Under the pieces are notes generated by a model. The model did not search any database. It worked only from the letters and a program-made list of their open reading frames with translations, and was not told the origin of the DNA. The position numbers and the translations under genes were made by a program. Shown here in pieces: positions 25,501 to 37,250 of a DNA stretch of 64,000 nt. How positions within the stretch are numbered: the first letter of the stretch is position 1; every line of letters starts with the position of its first letter. This stretch comes from Lama guanicoe (taxonomy: Eukaryota), in NCBI GenBank assembly GCA_013239625.1, contig MU054323.1, positions 3,336,161-3,400,160 of the forward strand. The letters run 5' to 3'.

Positions 25501-28500
25501 GCTCCTGGAAACTCCTAGAAGTTTCTAGAGGCACAGATTGTCCTAGCACTCCAGGGCCCAGCTGAGTGGCCACCTCCTCCTGGATGTCCTCCCTGAGAGT
25601 GCTGATGGCGTTAGAATCAGAGTGCAGCTGCTGAGAAAGTAATGAGGAAAAGAGGAGGCCAGGAGAGCCTGGGGGGAGCGGCAAGTGGAGGGGAGGAGGG
25701 GAGGAGGAGGAAGAGGAAGGAGAGGGAGGAGAAGCTCCTCAGCCCCTCTGCTCCCCGGGAGGCTGGTTCGGTCGGTCCGAGGACCCAACTCCTGAGAACC
25801 CCCCTTCCAGGTGGCTGCCCATGGAGGCAGCAGCGAGAGGAAGGGCTCTGCTGGACAGGACAAAGGGAGCGTCCGGAAGGCCCGAGAGAAGCCCCACCCA
25901 CCAAAAAGGGGTGCTGGCTGGGTGAGGGACACGTTGTGCCTGGGGGCACCCACAGAGCTGACTAACCCACACAGGAAGTCGTCCTGGAGCAGGGAGGGAG
26001 TGCTGGGAATCCAGGGTCAGGGGGCGGCCCCTGACTCACTGGAGCCCATGTCATCACAGTGCTACGAGACATCTTGCCCCTAAGGGCTGGCCTGCCCTGA
26101 CCGTTGCTGTGGCTGCTGCAGGAGCTGCTCCCGGAGAGCCAGCGTCCTCACCAGCACAGCCCAGATAGGCCAGGGTCCAGGCCCTGGTGCCTGCTGGCCT
26201 CCAACTCACTTCCCTAGCCCAGCTTTGGTTTCCTATTTTTTCATATCGCTAGACTTTTCTCAGGGGGAATTCCTACCCATCCTTCCAGACCATCCTGAGA
26301 ACTCCTCCCTGACACCCTCCACCCTCAGCAGGTTTCTCCCTCCATCCCCTGCTCCTGCAGGACTGAGTCCAGCTCACAGTTTGCCAAGTCTCCTGATGTG
26401 TGTTTTCCCAGCAGGATCATAGGGTCCCTCTGGAACCCCATGCTGGGCATCTGGGGGTGCTCAGTGAGGACTCTGATAGACTGATTCCTCAGCTCCAGCC
26501 CCTTTTGGTCTCCACCCTCTTGTCCGCTGGCCTCGGGGAGCTGGCCGGCCTATGAGAGCCACCGGCATTCCTGCCTGCAGGCTCAGCCCTGTTCGAGGAA
26601 TGTGGGCAGCAGCCCAGCCTCTTGCCGCCTGCACAAACCTGAGGCCTGGTCCTCGCAACTGACCTACTCAGGCAGCTCTCAACCACTTCCCGCACTCACT
26701 GGCCGCTGCTCCTTTCCCTTCGAGGAACAAACTGCTGTTCTGTGAGTCAGTAACTGGAGGCCAAGGGAGAAGGTGGCCTCATGTGACAGCTACAGTCATG
26801 GAGGGAGGTGCATCGCTTCTGCTTCTCCGAGGGGACTGCTCCTCCCATGGGAGGGAGGCCCCTGTCACAATATGGGCTCAATGTACATGCAGTCTAACTG
26901 GCATGGGCTTCTAGACTCCCATTCTGAGCAGCAGCAGAAGGAACACCGGGCTGGGAGCAAAGAGACACAGGGAAATCATTTCTATTCTCTGAACCTCAGT
27001 TTCAAGGGTATGGCTGCAAGAACCCTAAGATTCCTCGCAATTTTGTGACTTCCAGAAGTCCACGTATGAGGAGATGCGCTGGGGCCATGTCCTAAAGGAG
27101 CCCATGAGGGGCATGTCCCAGCTGACACCATCTGCCCCGGCTGGCAGAGGTACACTGTGGTGCTGCAAGGAAGCTTTGAAGTAAGGCAGCTCTGGGTTCT
27201 GATCCCAGCTCTGCCTCTCACCTGCACATTGCGTAACTTTCTGACCTTGTTTTGCAGATGGGAGAACCAAGCCCCTCCCCGCCGACCAAGGGAAGAAATG
27301 CACTTACAATCTAGAGCCTGTCCCTGGGCCTGCTGGCTTGCAGTTCTGTGTCCCCCCACCCTTTTCCAGAGGACTTGCCCCAAAGGGTGGAAGATCGGAA
27401 GAGGGCCAGGGTGCTGGGAAGGGTGTTCAACTTTCAAGGGCTGAGATGAAGGTGGCCACCTCTCAGATCCCAGCTGGCAAGACAAGTTCCTCTACCCAGG
27501 AGGGTCTGTGGCTCCACCCCTGATGCCCATGTGTCTGGAGGTGGGGTGGGGGCCAAACGGGACCACATGGCACCAGAGGGAAGCCCTGGAGGGATGGTGG
27601 AGCTGCCTTCTGTGTGGTGGCTGGGGCCACAGCTGGTCCTGTGCCTTTCATCTCCAGTGCCTGGGCCTCCCTCCCCACATGGTGCCCAGAAGGAGTACAG
27701 GCCTTCTCCTGGAAGTGCCCGGCAGCCATGGGGGAGGGGCTGGGTGGTCAGAGTCGGGTGCAGGGTAGGTAGTGCCTCCTACAGCCCTTGGAAGGGTGTA
27801 AGGGGTTCTGCATTCATGGCATCCCTTCCCATCCTCCAAGTCCCTCCCATCCTTTTCAAGGCTGTTTATTGTAAGGCTGTTTATTACAAGGCTGGGGGCT
27901 CCTGTGGGTGGGGGCAAGGCAGAGACAGCATGTCAGCCCTCCTTGTGTGTGTGTCAGATGGAGCCCTCCCCTCCAGCTGCTGGAGGGTGTGCGCGGGGCT
28001 ACCGTGGGCCCGCTGGTCACCTTGCAAGGGCTGCATCTTCTTGAAGGAAATGTCCTTCTTTCTAGTTGCCATCAAGGCCGTGTGTCCTCATCAAGCCACA
28101 TGCCCACAAGGCTAGATCTGCTCAGAAAGGGTGCTGTTTCTAATGTGCATGGATTTGCTCTCTGTACCCCTGATGCCTTGACACTGTGCTGGGGGTGGGG
28201 GGGTCACCTGCCCCTGGGCAGAATTTGGGTGGGAAGGAGGTTCTCTGGAAAAGCACAACAGGTGGGAACTCAGTTCAAAAACTGGCCCCTCCCAGTGCCA
28301 GAACATCCTTTTTCCAATTTCTGACCCACCCAGTTGGTGACCCCTGGCATTTCCAGCTGGGAGCCCCAGCGTCTCCCAGTGGATATAGGGCCTGGGGGCC
28401 CCATGGCTGCTTCTGCGCTAGCCCAGAACCATCTTGAGAAGCCAGAGAGAAGTGCTGCCCCCTTGGAAGTGTCCTCCCACCCAAGGCAAGTCCTGCCCTA

Positions 28501-29349
28501 TCAGTGCCTCCTTCAAGAGAAGGGTGGGCGGATGCCTGGAGCCCAGCCTTCCCAGTGGCCACTGTGTTCTCCAGGCACTAAAACCTGTAGGGCAGGCTGG
28601 GCCAGTCCAAGACCCAGTGGACTCTGGGATCAGCCAAGTCTCCCTTTTGGGGTCTCAGACACTCCTCCTGCGTGCACCCTGAGTGGCAGAGGGGGAACAG
28701 AGAGACAGAGGAGACTCAGCTGTCATCCCTCCTGCCCTCTCACGAATTAACCCTTACCACCCCTCCCTTAACACACACACACATACACACCCAGGACTCT
28801 AGGGGGAAGACTTGGAGACTCAGGACCCTGCCTGGTCTGGCTCTAACACACTGTGGCCTTGACCAGAAGCTTCCATAGAATCAGCGCCCAAACAATCAGC
28901 ACTTTGGTTCAGGTGAGCCCCAGGAGCCCAGGTGCGGTGACCCCGTGACTGTGACTTCTTTTGCGCCTCTTCCCCCAGCACCTTTCTCCTCTCCCGGGCC
29001 CAGGCCCAGGCCCAGGCTCAGGCCCAGAGAGCTGATACGCCAGCAGATGAAGGCAGGGGGTACAAGGTCCTTCTCCACCTCACTTCCAACCCCTAGTCCC
29101 CTCCCATCCCGGCTCACAGCCCAGGCTAGGCCAGAGCCCAGGTGTTTCTCATTAAGGGTTTTATTGCGGATTCCCAGGCTCTGGCTGAGGAAGGCTGAGG
29201 GGCTACCCGAGCCTCCACCTCACCCCCAAGCTGCGCAGACACAGTGGGGTCAGGTGACTGGCCGGGCCTATCCTCTCCACTCCCTTCCCCTTCCCCTTGC
29301 CTAGAGGCCACCCGAGGCCGAGCGCCAGTCTCCAAGCACATTGCCCATC

Positions 29350-29966
29350 CTTCACGCCAGACAGAGTGTCCTTCCAAGGAACAAAGTTAATCATCCCGTA
29401 TCCTGACTTTTAAATCCACCAGAGCCTGCCCTTTTCTACTTTTTAAACAACTGGCTCTGATTTGTGACGCTTGCCAATTCCCACCATGGTCACTTTCAAA
29501 CCACCAGCACGAGGTCACTGAACTTGTGTGCACGATCAGCTCCCTTGAGCCAGGAGGAGGCGGCTGCGAATACCGCCACCTCCTCCCTTTATTCCAACCT
29601 AGGACACCAGCCTCCTTTACCGGCCCCAGCTATCCCCCTGCTTCATTTCGCACTGCTTTCCCGCCCCCCGCACAGACACTGCCCGCTAGATAGGACCTCC
29701 TGTTTGAGTGCATGTGCCCCAAACACCCCTCCCCTGCTTGGCCTGGCCAGCTCCTTTACTAATACTCCGTTCACATGTTTCCCCCTCTAGGCCGTTTCTC
29801 AATCTCCCCAGGCTGGATTAGGTGCCCTTTATCTGTGTCCCTAGAATACTGCCTTGGACATCTGTATTGTTCAATATTGCGGGTCTGTCCTTGCCACGAG
29901 ACCATGGGCTCTGCAGAGGCTCTGACCCAGGAGAGGCCTCTGTGATTGTATTGAAGGAGTGGAATG
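29350..29966 (+). mobile_element. Degenerate L2 fragment
   Basis: ctggccagctccttt..ccccaggctggattaggtgccc..gtctgtccttgccacgagacc L2-like motifs. Confidence 0.45.
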
Positions 29967-30469
29967 TTCAGTGCTCCAGGGGTAGAGCTACTCCAGGGGC
30001 CTGAGTTGCTCTCTTGGGCCATTCCCGACAGATCCCAGTGCCACCTTCTTAGCCAGCTTCCTAGGGGATCTGCAGGACAGGGACAGGGCACTGCCTACAC
30101 TCACCCCCCTACTAGGGGAGGGGCCATCTCCCTGCTCCTGGATCTGAGATTTGCCAGGTGTCACCCACAGCCTGCCCCCGGGACAGAGAGGCACAGAGCT
30201 GGCTGCGGCTGGGGCAGAAGGTGGCTGTGGTTGGGGCAGAAGTTAGCTGCCGCCCCAACCCTGTTGTTTGTATCCTTGTGACCATGGTTTCCTGCAGGGC
30301 AGGTTATCATTATTGACTTTGGCACCAGCACCCAGACTTTTTAGGGAGGCCACCTCATCCTGTGCCTGGGAATAGCCTCAGGGCTTGCAGGGGCAGCCCT
30401 GGCCTAGAAGAGCCTCCCCCATGTCTTGTCCAGGTGGTCCTGTGTGAACAGAATGGATGAAACAGGAAG

Positions 30470-30830
30470 CAGTAATGTTCAGGGGAGTGCCATAGGCTTC
30501 TGAGTGAAAAAGACCTGGGTTTGCATGTCAGTTTGACCACTCAGTAGCTGTATGAAGTCATGGCTTGGGGCCTCGGTTTCCTCATCAGTAAAATGGGGTA
30601 GTAACACCTCTCAAGGTTTTTGTGAACGTAGCCACTATTTATGGAGTGCTTGCAAAGTGCCGCAGCAAAACAGTTTTTGTGCCGCAGTTTATTCACATTA
30701 TCTTATTTAATCTTCGAACAGCCCTATGAGATAAAAGCTGTTAGCCCCCTTTCACAGATGAGAAAACTGAGGTTCCAAGGTACCTCAGCAGGTAAAGCGG
30801 TGTTAAACTGCAAAGCTCCTGCACTCAGTG
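30470..30830. mobile_element. Inverted pair of MIR SINEs
   Basis: agacctgggttt..cctcggtttcctcatcagtaaaatgggg (+) followed by tttcacagatgagaaaactgagg (-). Confidence 0.65.
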
Positions 30831-33299
30831 CCCCTGAATTTAGATGGTAGGTGCATGGTGGGGCTGTGGCCTGGCACATTCTAGCCATGTGGGAGATGGT
30901 GACTGTTGTTAGTAATTATCCCAAATGCTGCTGCTTGGCGTGTATCAGGAGATGGAATTTTCAGCTATCTCTTCCAAAGTGTCATCTGAACCTGAGAGTA
31001 GGCGCCCTCCCCTTTGAGGTCTCAGACACTCCCTCCTGCACGCACCCTGGTTGGTGGGGTGGGGTGCGAGACATTGAGGTTTTCAGATGAGGAAATTGAG
31101 TCATAAGGAGGTACAGGCTTTAGCTCAACAGCTGGTCCTGGCAGAGCCCGGCTGAGAAAGGGGTCCAGGCTCTGGGCCCGCCCTCCGCAGGGCGACCCGC
31201 TGCTCCTGGTTCCTAGGAGAAACATGCTGTGTCTGTGGGTGTGGTGAGGAAGGGGGATGGAAAGACAGGGCTGAGGAAAAGGGCTGACAGTTGGGCCTGG
31301 ACCAAGCATATCTGGGCAGAGGCCTGCCCCACCCCCTACCCCCAGGCCACTTTACAGAGTTGGGGGAGCGGTGCCTGAAGCTCCAGCCTGGTCACCTTGA
31401 ACAAGTCTTTCTCCTCTCCAGGCCTCTGTTTCCTCATCTGTAGAATGGGAATGATACTAATACTGGCACCACCTTGAAGCCCCAGGAGTTTGTGAGAATG
31501 TGAGGAGCTAATGATTGCGACCACCCCAAAAACACTGTAGCAGGGAGATTGTCTGGGGAGGGGTCCTGTGAGCCTTGGGCGGCCAGCCTCAGGCTGAACT
31601 GTAGCTGAAAGGCACATCTCAGGGACAGCCAAGCCCACCTTGGGAGCAGTGATTTTGTGGACACGTAGTTGCACAGAGCATGGCAAGTTTCCTGGGAAGG
31701 AAGGAAGGAAGGAGACCCTGCTTTGTGCCTGCGTCCTCAGGCCTAAAAGCTGCTCGCTTGTTACTCCAGGAAACAAGACTTCTCTCAGAGGTTCCAAGGG
31801 GTAGCACATCTGATATGGCAAAAATCTTAATTTAAAAAGAGGGGAAAAATACATATTTTATATGGCCTCGAGAACCTGGTGGTAGAGAAAAAAGCAGTTA
31901 GTAAAATGCTTCCTCCTTCTCTGGACTATGGCCAGGCAGCCATTAGCTGGACCTTGGACCAGCCCACGTACCACAGGATCTGTCTGGGCTCAGAGCAGCC
32001 AGCCTGGACCCACCGCTCAGGTTGCTTCTGCACTGGGGACCCCTGAGGCCCCATGTGGACCCTCAGGCTGCAGGAACCACCTCCCAGAGGGGTGGGTGCT
32101 GGGGGAAGCATCCAGGGCCTGATTCTCACCAGGGCCGGTCACCCTGCTCTGGCAGAATCCTGAGACGTGGGAGGGGGCATCTCACCTCCAGCCACATCCC
32201 GCCGGAGAAACACACTAGCATGTGAACATTCACCCAGGGCTCCTGACACCTTCCCAGCCAGTACTGCTGTCACTGGTTTAATTCCAACATCTGTCGTTTA
32301 CTGGGAGGCAGCAATGATCTAATGCTGTCCGTGTAATAAGTCCTCAGGACAGCCCCTGAAGGAGATCATAGCTGGTAGATGGAGCAACCAGGATTTTGAG
32401 CCCAGGCATCTAGCTCTGATCTTTTTCTTAATCACCACGCTAGCTGGCCTTCTCCACGAGCTCCGAAGAGGTGACCACACCTCCTGCTCCCCCAACACGA
32501 CCTTCACTTTGGGGGCTAACATGGGGGCTAAAAGCCCCTACTGGAGGAAGTCTTTAGATCTGGGGCTGTTGGAGCAGATGTGCCAGCAGGTTGGGGGGTG
32601 CAGTGTGGGTCCTGATAGATCAGGGATTGAAGATGCTCCCCTGGCAAGGTCTCTGTGGTCCTGACTGCACATGGGAGCCCTGAGGCAGCCCTGGGGAACA
32701 CTATGTAGGCCAGCTCTGAGGCTCACACAGGGCTTCACGCTTGCTTGCCTCCTGGGTCTGCAGTCTCAGCACTCTGCAGCCTTTAAGGACGGGAGGCCCT
32801 AGTCTGGGCTGCCCTGTGCAGTTGTGCGGGCTTTGCCTTGGTCAAGGAGCAAGTAGGGGCCAAAATCTTGTCGTCGCGGTGGGAGGCTTATGGGCCTGGA
32901 GGGAAGGGTGACTTTCTCTTACTGGATAAAGGCGCCATCCGCCAACTGAGCTGGGACCCAAATGGGAACCTTTTCCAGCTCACCAGAGATACTGCCCAGG
33001 CTGGGTGTAGGCCTGCCCCAAAGGAGGTGGGGCAGTCAGTCCCAGAGTCCTGGAACATATGTCCTGTCCTGCCCTCTGGCCCTGGTCCCTCTCTTCATGA
33101 GGGGCCTGTTAGCCTCTGCAGGGTCTCAAAATTAACTTCTCTTCCTCAGACAATAGGGATAGTGCTTTCTGGATCCTAAATCAGGATTTGTACTTGAACA
33201 TAGAAAGCGTTCTTATTTATGAGTCTAGAAATAAGGAAATCCTTATAGTTGAAAAGCACTCGGGTTTTTCCAGTTTGGGGTGTTACCACTAAAGTCACC

Positions 33300-35420
33300 A
33301 TGTCCGTACCATGGAATACTACTCAGCAACAACAAAGGAGCAACTCCTGATGCAACATCCTGGATGAAGCTCAAATGCAGTCTCCTAAATGAAAGAAGCC
33401 AGGCTCAGAAGGCTCTGTGCTATATGATTCCGTTTATACGACATCTGGAAAAGGCAAATCTACCAGGACAGAAACAGATCAGAGGTTGCCAGGGGCCGAG
33501 CCGGGACGGGAGGGTGGCGGGGGGGGGGGGGTTGACTACAAAGGGACAGGAGTGGGTGTTAGAGGTGCTGAAACTGCTCTGTATTGTAATTATGGTGGTG
33601 GTTACACGACTATGCATTTGTAAAAGAATTGTACGACAATAATAATGAATTACTGGTTGTAAATCCACTGTACTTCAATTTTCTAAAAACCCCTGCATTT
33701 TGATTTTTTTAATTAAAAAAAAGAATGAATTACTGTACAGAAAATAGACCTTAATTTTTTTAGAAACAGGAAAGATTACATTTCCTTGTCTGTCTCTTTT
33801 CCCACGCATGTTTAAACTTAACATAACATGACATAAATATGAATATTCACAAATTTCACTCAGTGGATGTTTCTGAAACACTTCTCTTGTGCCAGGCCTT
33901 CTGCTCTGCTTGGAGAAGGGCATGGGACCCCCGTCCCTCCTCAGCCTCCCCCAACACCTCCTAACAAGCATTCTCAGGCCAAGTGCACCACTATTTCCCT
34001 CTGGGGTGACTCTGGATCGCCTCTGCCTGATGCTGACTGATGTGGGTCGATTGGTAACTATATGCTGAAACACTGGAATTTCTGAGATGTTTTCATGGTT
34101 TATGGGACCATAATATTTGAAATGGGAACCCGGGAACCGTCCCCGACACCTCCCTCCTCCTTGTCACCCACCCCTCTCCTGTCCTGCAGTCAGGGAAGGT
34201 GGGGGTGGGGTGGCACAAATTACCAGGCAGGGGCTCAGGCCCAACTATGTGTCTTATCCTGTGTCACAACTTTCGGGGAGGGCGGCTGGCAATTTTTTTT
34301 TTCACTGCCCCTAAAGTGCCCTGGACTATTGTGCAAAAAATCAATCCATTGGCTCATCCTGTTGCCATTCCTTCCCGAATGTCTTCACAGAGCCCTTCCC
34401 CAAGTCCCCTGCTTGCTCCAGGCCATGCACCTCTCATATGGACACCTGCACAGGCCTCCCAGTGGCCCAGCCCCTATGCCCCTCACACCCCAGCCAGAGG
34501 GATGTTTCGGAGACAAATCCTAACAGTCTGCTCTCTCTCAAAACCATTAGCACACAAGGAACCCATGCCAATCCACGAGGAAAGGACAAGAGACTCATTT
34601 GAAAAATGGGTCAAATTATATGTATGAAGAAGCAGCTCCCCTATGAAAAAAAGAAATACAAATGGCAAAAACATATGAAAAGATTCCTATAACTTTAAAC
34701 TGTGCTTTCATTTATAGTTAAATAAATGAAAAGCGAAACAACCACGTGATATATCTCCATCCCCCCCAAACAGAAAATGGACCCATTTGATGACATGCAT
34801 GGTGACATGTGACAGGGTGGTCTCCCGGTCTCTCCCATGCAGTCTGGGTGTGGTGACAGGTGTGGCAAGCTGGTGCAACTTTTGGAAGATGCTCGTAAAA
34901 AACGTCTCCTTCCATCCAGAACTCACTGCTATTAAGGTGCCCGCGGTGCCTCCTCCCAACAGTTCCCTGTGTCTGTACCATGTGATACTCTGATGGCTGT
35001 CTGGGGAGGTTTCTCCCAGCAATGTTTACAACAGCAGAAGCCTGGAAGTGGGATGCCCACCCAGCGGGAAGTCAGTAACACTCATCTGCTCCATCTGTAC
35101 AACTAAATGCCCCACAGACATTAAGAAGAAGAATTGGGTAGGACCAACTACGCGTGCTGAAATAAAACCAGGTGAGGAAAGGGAGCTGCAGACCTCGGCA
35201 CATGGAACCACCCCTTTGGTGTCACTCTGCAAGCGCAGACGTATCCTCCCACGGATGTGCATGGAAAAACCTTCTGGAAGCACACACCAAAAACCTGTTA
35301 CGTGAAATTGCCTTTGGCGAGAGAGACAGGTGGGGAGAAAGAGGCTTTCACTTTTCATTGTGTGCTTTCCTGTTCTGCTTGGACTTTGAATCATGTGCAC
35401 AGAGTGTTTTCGTTTTTAAA
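33300..35420 (+). mobile_element. Discontinuous ancient L1 (L1ME-like) fragments: ~33300-33690, ~34520-34970, ~34990-35420
   Basis: atggaatactactcagcaa..aaatgaaagaagccag..tatatgattccgtttata..ggaaaaggcaaa and other decayed ORF2/3' UTR motifs. Confidence 0.55.
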
Positions 35421-36619
35421 ATCTCATCAGGAAATATCTGGAGGGGGTGGGGTTTGAAGCCAATTTCATTTTCTTCTTTATACTTTTTCTATATCAAAAA
35501 GGATCAAAATCAATGTGTTTAAATGTTGCAAACAAACTTTCACTGTGCTGGGGATAAAGTCCGCGATCCTGGACTCACACAGGGAGGTCCTGCGGCACCA
35601 GTGGTTACCCCATCTCCGGTCTCCTGACTCCTGGGTCTCAACTACAGCCGACCCGATCCACCTTCCTTACCCCCAGACTCCTTGCTCTCTCTCGCCTCTG
35701 GACCGCTGGCCATGCTGCTCCGTCTCCCTGGAACACTCTGCCCTCTCTGATCGCCCTGAAACTTTGCTTCCTCATCTGGGGGCCTGACGCCAGGTGCCTG
35801 CCCATCCACCCCACCCACCCCTGGGCAGTCTGGCCCTGCCCCGCTGCCTCCCAGAGCCCTGGCCTGACTTCCATCACGCCAAAGCACCTACTGTGCCCTA
35901 GTGGCCTTCCCACTGGTCCCTCCCTCACTACCTCACAACAGCCTTGACGGTAAGGACAGGGCCTGGTTCACCGATGGCACCCAGGGCCCAGCGCCGTGCG
36001 GGGCACATAGTAGGTTTCATAAGTGTCCGCTGACTGGACTGACACATGACTGCCTGACCAGAATGAGGAAGGCACAAGCCGCTGGCACCCCAGGCTCATT
36101 GCCGTAGCAGGTCTGCTTATAGAGTGGGACTCCTGGGCCTGGCCCCAGACGGCAGGCCTGCCGAGGCAATCTGGAGGGGCAGACACAGCAACCTGGAGCA
36201 GGGCCGCCCGCTCAACTCCAAGGTGGCTTTTATTTCCTCTTCTGCGGGCGCCAAGTCCCTGAACAAATATTTTCCTGGAGTGGAGGAGCGGCTTAGCTCC
36301 CAGCCATAAGGGCTGGAAGCACCGCTGGGTCTGGTAGGTTCCAGGAGCCAGAGGAAGAGCAGGGTCTGGCTGCAGCTGGCGGAGGAGGGGTCATCAGAGC
36401 TGCCCTCTGGGCGGTGCCCACCCTCCCGGCTCCTCCGTTCAGCAGCAGCCCTGGAAGGCTTTTGCTCCAGGCCTCTCTGCTCATAAATTAGAATCCGCTG
36501 GGATCCTGAAGAAAACGTGAGCCATGTGGGCTTCCCTCCTTTTTGCTGAAAAAGCTACACTAGAGTTTAAAGAAACTAATTAGAATCTCAGAAGCACTTT
36601 TATAAGCTTCCCCCCCTCC

Positions 36620-37250
36620 CTTTAACTTTCTTGTTGCAGAATAAAATACACGGAGTACACTCATCTTAAGTGCATGACTTGATGATTTATTTACAGGTAC
36701 GTACACCCTTGTAATCATCACCTGCATCAAACTGGAGAATATTCCAAAGAACTTTTCAGAGAAGGGTCCTTCATGTCCCCCTCTCATCAATTCTACACCC
36801 TCAGCAGAGGTACCACCAGCTTCTATCGCCCATTAGTTTTGCCTGCTCCTGAACTTGGAATGAATTCATGCAGTCTAGGCCCTTGAGTCTGGCTTAACAG
36901 ATTTCTTGTGATGCCATCTACGTTGCATGTGTAGCAGCAGTTTGTTCTTTTTTATGGCTGAGTGGTATTCCATTGTAGGACCGTAGCACAGTATCTTTAT
37001 CCAGTCTCCTGCTGATGGACATTTGGATTTTTCCCATGTTTGGGATGTGACGGACATTCTTACACATGCCTTTCAGCTGCCATGTGTTCGCCTTCCACTT
37101 GGATCATAGGGTAGGTGTATGTTTGGCTTTAGTTTCCCAAGTGCTCATATGATTGGCACATTTTCTAACAGCTCAGGAGCATTCCAGTAGCTCCACACGC
37201 CCTCCAACAATTGTCCATGTCTGAAGTCAGCCTTTCTGGCAGGTGTGCAG
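36620..37250 (-). mobile_element. Old L1 3' fragment (L1ME/MB-like)
   Basis: ORF 36875..37057 gives KCPSAGDWIK..TMEYHSAIKKN (ORF2 C-terminal remnant). Confidence 0.75.
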
